A DNA stretch of 64,000 nucleotides from Eledone cirrhosa (Eukaryota), in the NCBI GenBank assembly GCA_964016885.1, contig OZ024748.1, positions 33,976,001 through 34,040,000 of the forward strand, given 5' to 3'. Below the pieces are notes generated by a model, which did no database searches, was not told where the DNA came from, and saw only the letters and a program-made list of their open reading frames with translations. Shown here piece after piece: positions 27,443 to 39,900 of the stretch. A program made the translations under genes and the position numbers. Position 1 is the stretch's first letter. Every line of letters starts with the position of its first letter.

Positions 27443-27760
27443 GTGAAGTTTTTTTTACAAAATGAAATATAACCGAGGTGTCCTACGTGAGTGAAAGTAT
27501 AAAGAAAATAAGATGAAATCGAAAATACAACTGGAGTTTTATTTTTTTTTAAGTCTATATATTTATTTGGTTCCTTTACCGGTTTCGCAGTTCTTCTGCT
27601 TTTCAAAAGTAGAGTTGAGAGGGAGGGTCTGTGGGGGTCTGTGGTTTTTCTCACATCACTTTTTAAAGAGCAGAAGAACTGCGAAACCGGTAAAGGAACC
27701 AAATAAATATATATATTTTTTAAAAATTAAGACTCCAGTTGCATTTTCGATTTCATCTTT
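27437..27760. mobile_element. Fold-back element with a degenerate HHR in both arms
   Basis: Arms ~27509-27600 / 27668-27760; (TTGAAAA or TTAAAGA)-gcag aagaa ctgc-GAAA-ccgg-TA-aagg; both cores mutated from CTGAAGA. Confidence 0.65.
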
Positions 27761-27842
27761 TTATATATATATATATGTATAATATATATATATATATATA
27801 TGTATAATATATATATATATATGTATAATATATATATATATG

Positions 27843-27880
<38 letters not shown>

Positions 27881-27892
27881 TATATATATATA

Positions 27893-28083
27893 TAATTGTT
27901 TCTACTTTTGGCACAAGGCCAGCAATTACCAAGTGCATTACTGGTACTTTATTTTATCGACCCCGTAAGGATGAAAGGCAAAGTTAACCTCGGCAGGATT
28001 TGAACTCAGAATGGCAAGGGCCGTAACTCTATCCGTCAAATCATGGCGTCCGACCCTCTATCGATACTGCCAATCCACCGCCA
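27893..28083 (-). mobile_element. tRNA-derived SINE (same family as 14708-15325)
   Basis: Reverse complement of head, core and tail of the same SINE. Confidence 0.8.
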
Positions 28084-28658
28084 TAAATATATATATATGT
28101 ATAATATATATATATATGTATAATATATATATATATAATATATATATGTATAATATATATATATATGTATGTATGTATACTATATATATATGTATACTAT
28201 ATATATATATAATATATATATATATGTATAATATATATATAATATATATATACATATAATATATATATTTATATTATATATATATATAATATATATATAT
28301 AATATATTGATGGTCTTTATTCTCTCGTTAACGATTCCACCGAATTTATATTCATAGAAATCTGGGACTTGTTTCTTTCTTCATCACTTTCTGCTGCTTA
28401 AACCATTTTGTTTGTTTACCCTAGCGTCCCCTTTATTTACGTGTCCCAACGACTTTTTTTAGCCGTTGCTCGCACCAACCTGAGGTATATGGCCTTTAAT
28501 GCGACGAAATGCCTACGACGGTTGGAAGGCCACTGATGAGGACAAACCTTTTCATATGTAACCCATTTGCAGCGCCGCAGCTCCATTATTATCATATATA
28601 ATATATATATATATAATATATATATATGTATAATATATATATATAATATATATATATG

Positions 28659-28744
<86 letters not shown>

Positions 28745-28749
28745 TATAA

Positions 28750-29230
28750 TATTTCGTTTCTGAATTTGTTTAGCAAGATTCTATATCTGAAAACTTGTGT
28801 TGAAACCGATATTGTTATGCTTTGGGAGGGTCATGTTGCCAATAAGAAACACATGCACCAGTAGCTTTCACTCCAATTTATTATAAATTAGATTTATAAA
28901 TTTAAGAATTAATAAATTTCCGGTTGGTTGGTTGGTTCAATAACCGGACGGTTGTTCATATATTGTCAAAGTTCTTTCGTCATACATTCTGTGACCTCTT
29001 CAGTGACTGGGGATTCTTTTCTTTGTTTTTGTGCCTCTCCTTTGTTCTATCCTATGCGATCTTGTTTTTGTGTGTGTTGCGTGCTTAGTTTGGGCATGTG
29101 TTACATCCGGGTGTCTGTGTGTGTTTATATTTGTTTATTTATTTGTTTATTTACATGTTACTGGTTGGTTGTTTGTTCTATGTGTGTTTTCACACAGAAA
29201 GATGGAACGGGTATGTGTCTGTAAATTAAC
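28750..29230 (-). mobile_element. PLE-type terminal repeat with HHR; same family as 54282-54880
   Basis: Minus strand gtca-CTGAAGA-ggtcacagaatgtatgac-GAAA-gaac-TT^tgac at ~28965-29006; high similarity to 54282-54606. Confidence 0.7.
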
Positions 29231-29254
29231 GGTGGAAAACTGGGAGAGGGCACA

Positions 29255-30304
29255 AAATACAATTAGTTAGCACTCTAAACGTTTAATTAGGAATTTACTC
29301 AGGTATTTCCTAATGTTTGTTGAGTGAGCTGGAATTTGGTCGGAGTATCGCTTTTAGCTTTCTCCGATTATATCTGTTCATATCTGTTGCACCAAGAATA
29401 AATATATAAATACACAATCGGAGAAAACTAAAAGCGTTACTCCAGCCATATTCCAGCTCACTCAACAAACATTAGGAAATACCTGAGTAAATTCCTAATT
29501 AGACGTTCGGGGTGCTAACTAATTGAATTGAGTGGTAAATTGGCTGTATCATTTCATATGAGATATATCAAATATATCTCTTCCCAGACGGACGTCTCGT
29601 TTCATTATAAGATTTCTACAATTTGGGTGAAATTATACCAATTTATGTAGAATCTTAAATAAGATCAACAGATACTTATTCAAGTGGGCTCTTATAATTC
29701 TTCAGTGGTTGCCCAATAATATTAATATTGATAACTAAATCAACATCACTGTTTAGCGATAATCACCACAGTGCTTAACGGAGGTGCCCGGGTGTTAGTC
29801 CAGCAGTTCTAAAGAAAATCTCAGAATGTCTCAAAAAAGGAGGAAGGAGATTACCTCCAAAAAAACAATACATGCGCAGGTCAATGAATTCTGAAAAGAA
29901 TTCAAGCCATGTTCTAGAACTCCATTGCATTTGAAAAGATACCCATGTGTGCGCATCGCTTGATGACACCCATAGATATTTTCACGGGCAAAATAACAGA
30001 ATGAGATACAAGAACAAACAATCAATATTCATATACAAAAATAAACAAAGAGAGTCATCGATATATCGGGAAAGTTCATATCTGTTGCACCAAGAGTAAA
30101 TATATAAATACATAATCGGAGAAAGCTAAAAGCGATACTCCGGCCAAATTCCAGCTCACTCAACAAACATTAGGAAATACCTGAGTAAATTCCTAATTAA
30201 ACGTTCGGGGTGCTAACTAATTGTATTGTGTGCAAAATTGGCTGTATCATTTCATATGAGATATATCAAATATATCTCTTCCTAGACGGACGTCTCGTTT
30301 CATT
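29255..30304. mobile_element. Non-coding element with ~230-bp direct repeats (~29376-29605 / ~30074-30304) and a 5' inverted copy (~29255-29370)
   Basis: PLE-like partial-tandem plus inversion layout; no intact HHR recognised. Confidence 0.55.
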
Positions 30305-31211
30305 AAAGAGTTAAACAAGATTCAATGAGTACATCAAAGAATGAGTTTTACAGTAGATTGGAAGCACTCTACATAAAAAATTATTTTCCAGAGTTATTAA
30401 TATTAAAATACAAATATTAATAAAATAGATGTTCTTTTGATTAATTAAATGTTATTATACATATTTCAGAGGTACAACAGTACGTCCTCATCAGACAAAA
30501 TATAATGATACATGACATACCCTGAGATGTTAAATGGTTAATATTTAATCAAGGCATTGATTAACCTAAGAGAAAACTCAACATTTATACCCTAATTATG
30601 AGAAAATGCGAAAACGTAATAAATTCAATAGAGGATGAATGAGTAAGAAAAACGTTGCTTAATGTGACAGCTATAGAGATTTTAAAATTTGGGATACTAC
30701 AAGCTATGGTTATCTAGGAAAACGTCTCTTAAATCATAACTGTTTATGAAGGCAACTGATAGAAGATTTAAAGACAGGGAGAGATAACGGGGAGTAATAT
30801 ATGCAGAAGAAAAAAAAATATATTACTCCCCTTTATCTTTCCTTAAAGGCTAAATGGTTAAGTTTCAAAATATTTAATTTATGTTTATTTTAAGGGTGAA
30901 GAATCAAAGTTTTAAGTTTTTTAAAAGTTGATAGTTATTTATATTTATTAATTTTATAAATTCTATAAATGTGTTAACATTTCTAAAATTCTGAATTTTA
31001 TGAAGACAAAATTTAAATGATTTAACTTGGCCAGCGAAAGGAAAATTTACACTGTTGAATAATTTCCTAAATGTAATCTTTAACGAAAATTACCTATAAG
31101 AATGTCAACATTTTCGGTATGTAAAGCTTATGAAGTACTTATTGTTAGCAGTATCTAAAAATTAATTGTCAAGTAGTTAGTGTAATGATTAACGCAGAGT
31201 TTTCATCGACT

Positions 31212-31243
<32 letters not shown>

Positions 31244-34200
31244 GAATTATGGTAATAAATTAATATTTGTTATATTATATTAAATCTCTATATAAGTTCT
31301 ACCTTCATGAGAGGAATAAACTCTAAATAATAAATATGCTATTGTACAAATATCTATATTTGCACAAACTATATATAGTGTTAAACCAAAACGGTAATTA
31401 TGTTATTATACACTATAGATATATATGCAAAAAAAAACAAAAGCTGAGATATATGATTATGTTATACAGATACACTTATTTGCAAAAATAAGAATTAGGT
31501 ATAGAGAGATATACTAAGTATTAATGAGCCAGTATACTTTTGGTAAATGATAACGAATCTAAAATAATATATTCCAACATGTATTATTCACAAGCATGTA
31601 TTATTCACAGTTCAAAATCTAAAAATTTAAAAATGATCTAAAACTTAGGTATAGTGAGATATACTAAGTATTAGTGAGACAGTATACTTTTGGTAAATGA
31701 TAACGATTATAATCTTATATAATAGATTTCAACATGCTAAAGTTAAATACATACATAAATATAAAAGAGTGCAAACGCATGGATAATTCACAGTTCAAAA
31801 TAAGGTCCGCAAAAATTTATAGGTCGGATATTTGCACTATATTTAAATCATGGATAGAAAAATATAAAACTAGGTATATTTAAAAACTTACAAAAGATAA
31901 GTACATACATATTATAAATAAAAGAGTGTAAACACATGAATGATTCACAGTTAAAAATAAGTTCCGTAAAAATTTAGAGGTTGGATATTTAAACTAAAAT
32001 TAAAACTTAGATAGGAAAATAAAGATAGAGAAATAATGGTATGGATCAAAGTTAATAATATTATGTTATGTATATCAACGTGTCAGCGTGTTATTGAACA
32101 AGTGTCATTCATTCGAGCGTTATTCCTTCTATAGGTAGTTATAAGATAAAGCAATATTAAATGCCATTAATTTTCATCTGTTGATTATTTTCGTCTAAAA
32201 ACCAAGTTTAATGGCTTAGTGTTTTTTCTGGTCTTATGAGAGGCTAGGAATGTAGACGTAGCTTTATGAAGGCAATTAGAGAATAATTCACTTTTTTTGT
32301 TAATTAGGGTCTCATAGTTATTAATAATCAACAGGGTCTCCACTGTACAGAGCGCGCAGTTACTTGATATACTTGATTTGCGGTAAACTCCACAATTCCG
32401 AAGTTTCGTCCAAAGAATGGAGTATTTTAAATTCCTCTCTTTTAATGACCATATGAGCTGTGATAAAGAAGTGGATGATTTCCTCTTGGAGTTCGAAAAT
32501 GAGCATTTATGGTTCGCAAATCTGGCTTTAAATGTAGAAGAAGTCGATCCTATGTAGTTGTATGTGTTGTGATCAGTTTTTACGGTGCATTTATAAAACA
32601 AATTACTATCTAGACAATTATTTTGCAGAGGGCAGTCAGTTTTATTTTTACAATTACATTTTGGTTTAGTATCATTTATGTTAACGCTATTATTAAGATC
32701 ATTATGTTGGTTCTGTTTTAGAATTTTAGTGTTTAATTTAGCAATGTTTGGGGCCATGTTCATAGTTGTAGAATACGACAATTTAATGGTGTGTCTATTA
32801 ACAATGGAATGGCATTTATATTGAGTGGGGAAAGAGGTGTCCAAAGCATTAAAGAATAATTTTACAATTGGTGTTCTAACTACAACCGAAGCAGGGGGGG
32901 GGGGACCATATGACTGATTTAGTTCTAGTTCTTTTCCTCAATTTGTTTGGCGTATGGGTGTTTGAATTATAATTATTAGAGTTTCGTTTATATATATTAT
33001 TATTTTTTTATCAGGATTAAGACTTGGATTGTTATTATCTACATATTCTATATTATTCACATATCCTTCTCTTTTTAACGCGTTATTGTAGTATTCAGCA
33101 TTTTCGTCAAATATAGCTTTATTTGCTGATATTTTATTAATTCGTTTTTGCACACTATTTACAATTGCTTTTTTTTACTGACTTAGGGTGATTGGAATAA
33201 TAACTAACATAATTTAAGTTTTCATTGGGCTTATGAAAAGGGTAATAAAAGCCAGAGTTTAAGTTAAACGTAACATCAAGAAAATTAACTATTTTGGTAC
33301 CACTTTCTACTTCTAATTTAAGGTCATACATTTTAAAGAATTCTATTATACTTTTCTTTACTCTATTTAGTTCGATATTGTTGTGTTTGACCACCGTGAA
33401 TAAAATATCGTCCCTATATAAACCACCGGTAATCTCCGGCAGGTTTCTATTTATCATATTTAATATGAAAATTCCCAGATCTGTGATTTGCACGGAATCG
33501 GATGCCCCCATAGTGATATCAAAGTTTCTATCTCTATCTGAGCGGGTCCAATATTCATTGTTGAAGTTAATAAGAGTTCTTCTGGCTGTTAGTATGATAT
33601 CAATTTCATCCGTGGTTAGATCAGTATGCTTATAAGCATATGAAAGAGTCTTATTCAGAAGGTTAGGTGTTATGGAAGAATAGTAGCTTGTTATGTCCAT
33701 CTGGATGAATTTATGGTTTTTCATATCATCTATATTCCTGTACTATTCTATGACTTCATTTTATCTTTCCACAAGCTCAAATTAGATCTCAATTTAAGAG
33801 TGGGTAAGATTCTATCGATGATGTTTTTACTGATTACTCCAATATCCGATTTGGATGGAGCAATCATTCTAACTGGCATATCTTCCTCAAAGTTTCTTTT
33901 GTGATCCTCAGCTAATCCTCGGCTGCCTAGGTAAAAATGGCTCGGTTCTTCCTTCTATTCCTAAATTGGTAATTAATTTATAGGCATCTTCGTTAATTTC
34001 AGTAAGATCATCAGCCGGGGCTTTTTTATAATTTTCCTAAGATACTTCAAAATCATGTTGTTATATTCATCTTTGTTTATCCCATATAAATTATTAGTTT
34101 TGTCCGATTTAACCAATACTTTGTTAACATTTTTTATTTCCGTGATTTTTTCTTTTTAGAGTTCTAAGGTATTGGTGACCTATATATGAGCTTTTTCTAA

Positions 34201-35329
34201 ATTTAATTTTTTTAATTATATCGAGCGTTTCTGTTTCAAAATCCTCCAGGAGTTTGTTGTATGGAGGATTCTTTCTTGTTTAAATAAAGATTCAAAATCA
34301 TTGTTGTTTGTTTTTCTTTCAGCATCTTTATTTTCGAAATGAAATGCTCGTCATCTCAATCTTCTAATAAAAGAGTTTGTCTGTTCGATAGTTTTCCTCA
34401 TGTATTCGTCATTTGAAGGTATGGGTATATATTTGAGGGAAGTCGGGAAGTTTAAGAAATCCAGATTTACTGAATATGCAATCTATTATATAGAAAAGCG
34501 CTCAACCAGTTGGGAGCAGTATATATTAAAGAGTTAAACAAGATTCAATGAGTACATCAAAGAATGAGTTTTACAGTAGAATGGAAGCACTCTACATAAA
34601 AATTATTTTCCAGAGTTATTAATATTAAAATAAAAATATTAATAAAATAGATGTTCTTTTTATCAATTAAATTTTATTATACATATTTCAGAGGTTCAAC
34701 AGTACGTCCTCATCAGACAAAATATAATGATACATGACATACCCTGAGATGTTAAATGGTTAATATTTAATCAAGATAGTGATTAACCTAAGAGAAAACT
34801 CAACATTTATACCCTAATAATGAGAAAATGCGAAATGTAATAAATTCAATAGAGGATGTATGAGTAAGAAAAACGTTGCTTAATGTGACAGCTATAGAGA
34901 TTTTAAAATGTGGGATACTACAAGCTATGGTTATCTAGGAAAACGTCTCTTGAATTATAACTGTTTATGAAGGCAACTAATAGAATATTTAAAGAGAGGG
35001 AGAGATAAAGGGGTGTAATATATGCAGAAAAAAAAAATATATTACTCCCTGTCTTTAAATTTTCTATCAGTTGCCTTCATAAACAGTTATAATTCAAGAG
35101 ACGTTTTACTAGATAACCATAACTTGTAGTATCCCACATTTAAAAATCTCTATAGCTGTCACATTAAGCAACATTTTTCTTACTCATACATCCTCTATTG
35201 AATTTATTACATTTCGCATGTTCTCATTATTGGGGTATAAATGTTGAGTTTTCTCTTAGGTTAATCACTACCTTGATTAAATATTAACCATTTAACATCT
35301 CAGGGTATGTCATGTATCATTATATTTTA

Positions 35330-35330
<1 letters not shown>
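30302..35330 (-). mobile_element. Penelope-like element with pseudo-LTRs (30302-~30830 and 34525-~35050) and 5' inverted truncated pLTR (~35040-35330)
   Basis: Direct repeats on both sides of the ORF, each with a minus-strand HHR (CTGATGA at 30488-30494 and 34710-34716; GAAA at 30464 and 34686); canonical PLE layout. Confidence 0.88.
32185..34464 (-). pseudogene. PLE RT + GIY-YIG polyprotein, decayed (Hydra-clade-like)
   Basis: FLNFPTSLKYIPIPS...FIRRLR*RAFHF; FIQMDITSYYSSI, FDITMGASDS, GLYRDD, VNFLDV; linker CNCKNKTDCPLQNNCL (CxCx5C); YIGSTSSTFKARF...CALC...CLH. Confidence 0.9.
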
Positions 35331-35394
<64 letters not shown>

Positions 35395-35399
35395 TATAT

Positions 35400-36331
35400 T
35401 CATTAGTTAAGCAAAACAAGACCACAAATTTCACAAGGAAGACATTATTAAAAGATTGTCAACATATTTTAGTTTGATGTAAGGAATGTAGAGAATAAAA
35501 TAATATTAATAATAATAATGTCCGTTTACAATTGTTTCGCTACTCCATATGATATTTCTGGATCAGATGACTATATATCATAATTGATCTGGTTCAGTAG
35601 AAAATAATTAACATATTTAAAAGACAGAGCGGCTCATCGGAACTTCAAAGGAATATAAATTAAAATAATGAGAGAATGTTACATAATATAATGTTCCATA
35701 TATTGGTTATTTACTATGGTGTCTTGGTTGCATCAGTTGTCAGCCATAATCAAGCAGTATTCATCTGTCGAGGCTGCATTGTGTGAGATCTGCCTATGGG
35801 TAACAAGATGGCTGCCAAGGACATATTTACCTTACTAATTAGAGGGTGGTTTGAGGGGAAGTAACTCCTCGAGAGATTAGAAATTGTGGGTGTTTATAGT
35901 TTTGTGCTAATTTTTAAATGTTTTAATTGAGAGACAATGTAGAGGAAGTAACTTATAATTATCTAAGTTGTTCATAGCAATTTAACTTATTAGCTACAAG
36001 TAAAAATGGGGCTAGATGACTAAGTTGGGTCAAATAATCTATTGGCGAAGGAATTAGCCCTTCGATGTTCACAGCTAATAGTTACCTCTGTTCTATCGGT
36101 AATCGGTAGAGGTCGTGGTAGAGTTATTTAATATGCTTCTGTAATACAGAGATCAGAAGATTTTCTTCGTCCATTGAACGGTTGGGCCCTAGCCACGATA
36201 TCCCATTTTAGGGAGTATTGAACGTTGTTTAATTTAAGGTTTTTAATGAGCCTAGCTAGTGATGTCGAACATCTGTTGCTAGGGTCTCGGAAGGAAAAAG
36301 AGTGCGCATTGGCTTCTAAGTAATTCACCAA
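35400..36331 (-). mobile_element. 3' fragment of a third PLE (end of GIY-YIG, 3' UTR, HHR with long stem II)
   Basis: ORF 36128-36331 HSFSFRDP..STSLARLI..LK...YSLKWDIVARA...LCITEA; minus-strand CCGATGA-gccgctct...~90 nt...ggagtagc-GAAA-caattg-TA^aac at ~35524-35643. Confidence 0.7.
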
Positions 36332-36658
36332 TCTCTCTTCTCATATCTCCTCTCCTATCTCCATCTCTCTCTTTAAGATTGGTTACTCTTGAACTATATA
36401 TATATATAAACATTTGAATATGTTGGCAAGATATTTAGAACGCTGGTTTGAGACCTTTATTCCCCTCTGAAGAAGAGATATTATCTCGAAAATTAAGGAC
36501 GTTTAAAATAAATCTAAGTTAAAAGACGAATTGTCAACTATATCTTTTGCAATTGCATTCTTTTTTCTATGTCCATACCTGCATTGCTTTGGCTTTATTA
36601 TACATATTCAAACGTTTATACCTCATTACACAATGCTTCAAGTGAACTATAACCTCCT

Positions 36659-36736
<78 letters not shown>

Positions 36737-36739
<3 letters not shown>

Positions 36740-36899
36740 AACTATGGACACACTAGAAGAGGAAGACCAAGGTTAACGTATGTTGATGCCGTAAGGACAG
36801 ACACTGGTCTGTTGGAGATGCAGGACATGGCAGTGATAGTGAGGGACAGAGACCGCTGGAGAGAACTTGTCCATGGATCTAGGGAAATTTACCCGCCTT

Positions 36900-36901
<2 letters not shown>
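36737..36901 (+). mobile_element. 3' end fragment of an RTE-clade LINE
   Basis: Manual translation [42 protein letters not shown]; GRP...D...DRxxWR is typical of RTE C-termini. Confidence 0.65.
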
Positions 36902-36964
<63 letters not shown>

Positions 36965-36969
<5 letters not shown>

Positions 36970-39900
36970 GTACATACATATATGTATACAGACGTACAGT
37001 AGTGTGTATATATATGCATACATGCACACATATATACATGCACATATCGGTTTGCCGAACATTTATTATAATGCTCGGTTTGTTTGTTTGTAAACAAACA
37101 AACAGCCCGAATTACGCCGTACAGTGTTTAGGCAACCACGGCACCTTTTGTTCAACACTGACAGGGGAACGATGTACTAGTTTCAAGCTTATTAGCTATC
37201 GTCTGCATCGTATACCTTCCTGCCAGATGGTTGAACGTGTGAAAGTATATACGTTCCTTATGTATATTAACGGCTGAGCAGCCTAATTTGCATATCGAGT
37301 GAATTCAGTCGGCCGGGCACGCAGAAAACGATAAATGGAATAGAATGAAACGAAATTTCATTTCTCACTCTTATTACGGCACTTACTTAAATGTAAGTAT
37401 GTATGTATACGTACATACATATATGTATACAGACGTACAGTAGTATGTATATATATATATATACATACATGCACACATATATACATGCACGTATCGGTTT
37501 ACCTAACATTTATTATAATGCTAGGTTTGTTTGTTTGTAAACAAACAAACAGACCAAATTACGCGGTACAGTGTTTAGGCAACCACGTCACCTTTTTGTT
37601 GAACACTGACACAGGAACGATGAACTAGGTTCAAGCTTATTAGCTATCGTCATCATCGTATACCTTCCTGCCAGATGGTTGAACGTCTGAAAGTATATTC
37701 TTTCCTTATGCATATTAACGGTTGAGCAGCCTAATTTACATATCGCGTGACTTCAGTCGGCCGGGCACACCGAAAACGATAATTCGGGCTGTTTGTTTGT
37801 TTACAAACAAACAAACCCAGCATTATAATAAATGTTCGGTAAACCGATACGTGCATATATATATGTGTGCATGTATGATTATATATACATACTACTGTAC
37901 GTCTGTATACATATATGTATGTACGTATACATACATACTTACTTACATTTAAGTAAGTGCCGTACTAAGAGTGAGAAATGAAATTTCGTTTCATTCTATT
38001 CCACTTATCGTATTCGGTGTGCCCGGCCGACTGAACTCACGCGATGTGCAAATTAGGCTGCTCAGCCGTTAATATGCATAAGGAAATTATATACTTTCAG
38101 ACGTTCAACCAACTGGCAGGAAGGTATACGATGCTGACGATAGCTAATAAGCTTGAAACTAGTACATCGTTCCTGTGTCAGTGTTGAACAAAAAGGTAAC
38201 GTGGTTGCCTAAACACTGTACGGCGTAATACGGGCTGTTACTTTGTTTACAAACACAAAAACCGAACGTTGTAATAAATGTTTGGTAAACCGATACGTGC
38301 ATGTATATATGTGTGCATGTATGTATATATATACATACTACTGTACGTCTGTATACATATATGTATGTACGTATACATACATACTTACTTACATTTAAGT
38401 AAGTGCCGTACTAAGAGTGAGAAATGAAATTTCGTTTCACTCTATTCCATTTATCGGTTTCGGTGTGCCCGGCCGACTGAACTCACTCGATATGCAAATT
38501 AGGCTGCTCAGCCGTTAATATGTATAAGGAAAGTATATACTTTCAGACGTTCAACCATCTGGCAGGAAGGTATACGATGCTGACGATAGCTAATAAGCTT
38601 GAAACTAGTACATCGTTCCTGTGTCAGTGATTAACAAAAAGGTGACGTGGTTGCCTAAACACTGTACGGCGTAATTCGAGCTGTTTGTTTGTTTACAAAA
38701 AAACAAACCGAGCATTATAATAAATGTTCGGTACACCGATACGTGCATGTATATATGTGTGCATGTATGTAAATATATACATACTACTGTACGTCTGTAT
38801 ACATATATGTATGTACGTATACATACATACATACTTACTTTTAAGTAAGCGCCGTACTAAGAGTGAGAAATGAAATTTCCTTTCATTCTATTCCATTTAT
38901 CGTTTTCGGTGTGCCAGGCCGACTGAACTCACTCGATATGCAAATTAGGCTGCTCAGCGGTTAATATACATAAGGAAAGAATATACTTTCAGACGTTGAA
39001 CCATCTGGCAGGTAGGTATACGAATCTGACGATAGCTAAAAAGCTTGGAACTAGTACATCGTTCCTGTGTCAGTGTTGTCCAAAAAGGTGACGTGGTTGC
39101 CTAAAAACTGTACGGCGTAATTCGGGCTGTTTTTTTGTTTACAACCAAACAAACAGAGCATTATGATAAATGTTCGGTACACGATACGTGCATGTATATA
39201 TGTGTGCATGTATGTATATATATACATACTACTGTACGTATGTATACATATATGTATATACCTACACATACATACATACTTACATTTAAGTAAGTACCGT
39301 ACTAAGAGTGAGATATGAACTTTCGTTTCATTCTATTCCATTTATCGTTTACGGTGTTCCGGCCGACTGAACTCACTCGATATGCAAATTAGGCTTATCA
39401 GCCGTTAATAATCATAAGGAAAGTCTATACTTTCAGACGTTCAACCATCTGGAAGGACGGTACACGAATCTGACGATAGCTAATAAGCTTGAAACTAGTA
39501 CATCGTTACTGTGTCAGTGTTGTCCAAAAAGGTGACGTGGTTGCCTAAAAACTGTACGGCGTAATTCGGGATGTTTTTTTGTTTACAACCAAACAAACAG
39601 AGCATTATGATAAATGTTCGGTGAATTGAAACGTACATGTATATATGTGTGCATGTATGTATATATATACATACTACTGTACGTCTGTATCCATATATGT
39701 ATGTACGTATACATACATACATACTTACATTTTAGTAAGTGCCGTAAAAGCGTGAGAAATGAAATTTCGTTTCATTCTATTCCATTTATCGTTTTCGGTG
39801 TTCCCGGCCGACTGAACTCACTCGATATGCAAATTAGGCTGCTCAGCCGTTAATATGCTTAAGGAAAGTATATACTTTCAGACGTTCAACAATCTGGCAA

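Noticed and set aside
28530-28560. CTGATGAGG followed by acaaacctt
   Set aside because: GAAA and stem III absent; at most a decayed remnant.
36462-36500. CTGAAGA-agagatattatctc-GAAA-at-TA-agg possible ultra-minimal HHR
   Set aside because: Only 3-bp stem I and essentially no helix III; too weak to call.
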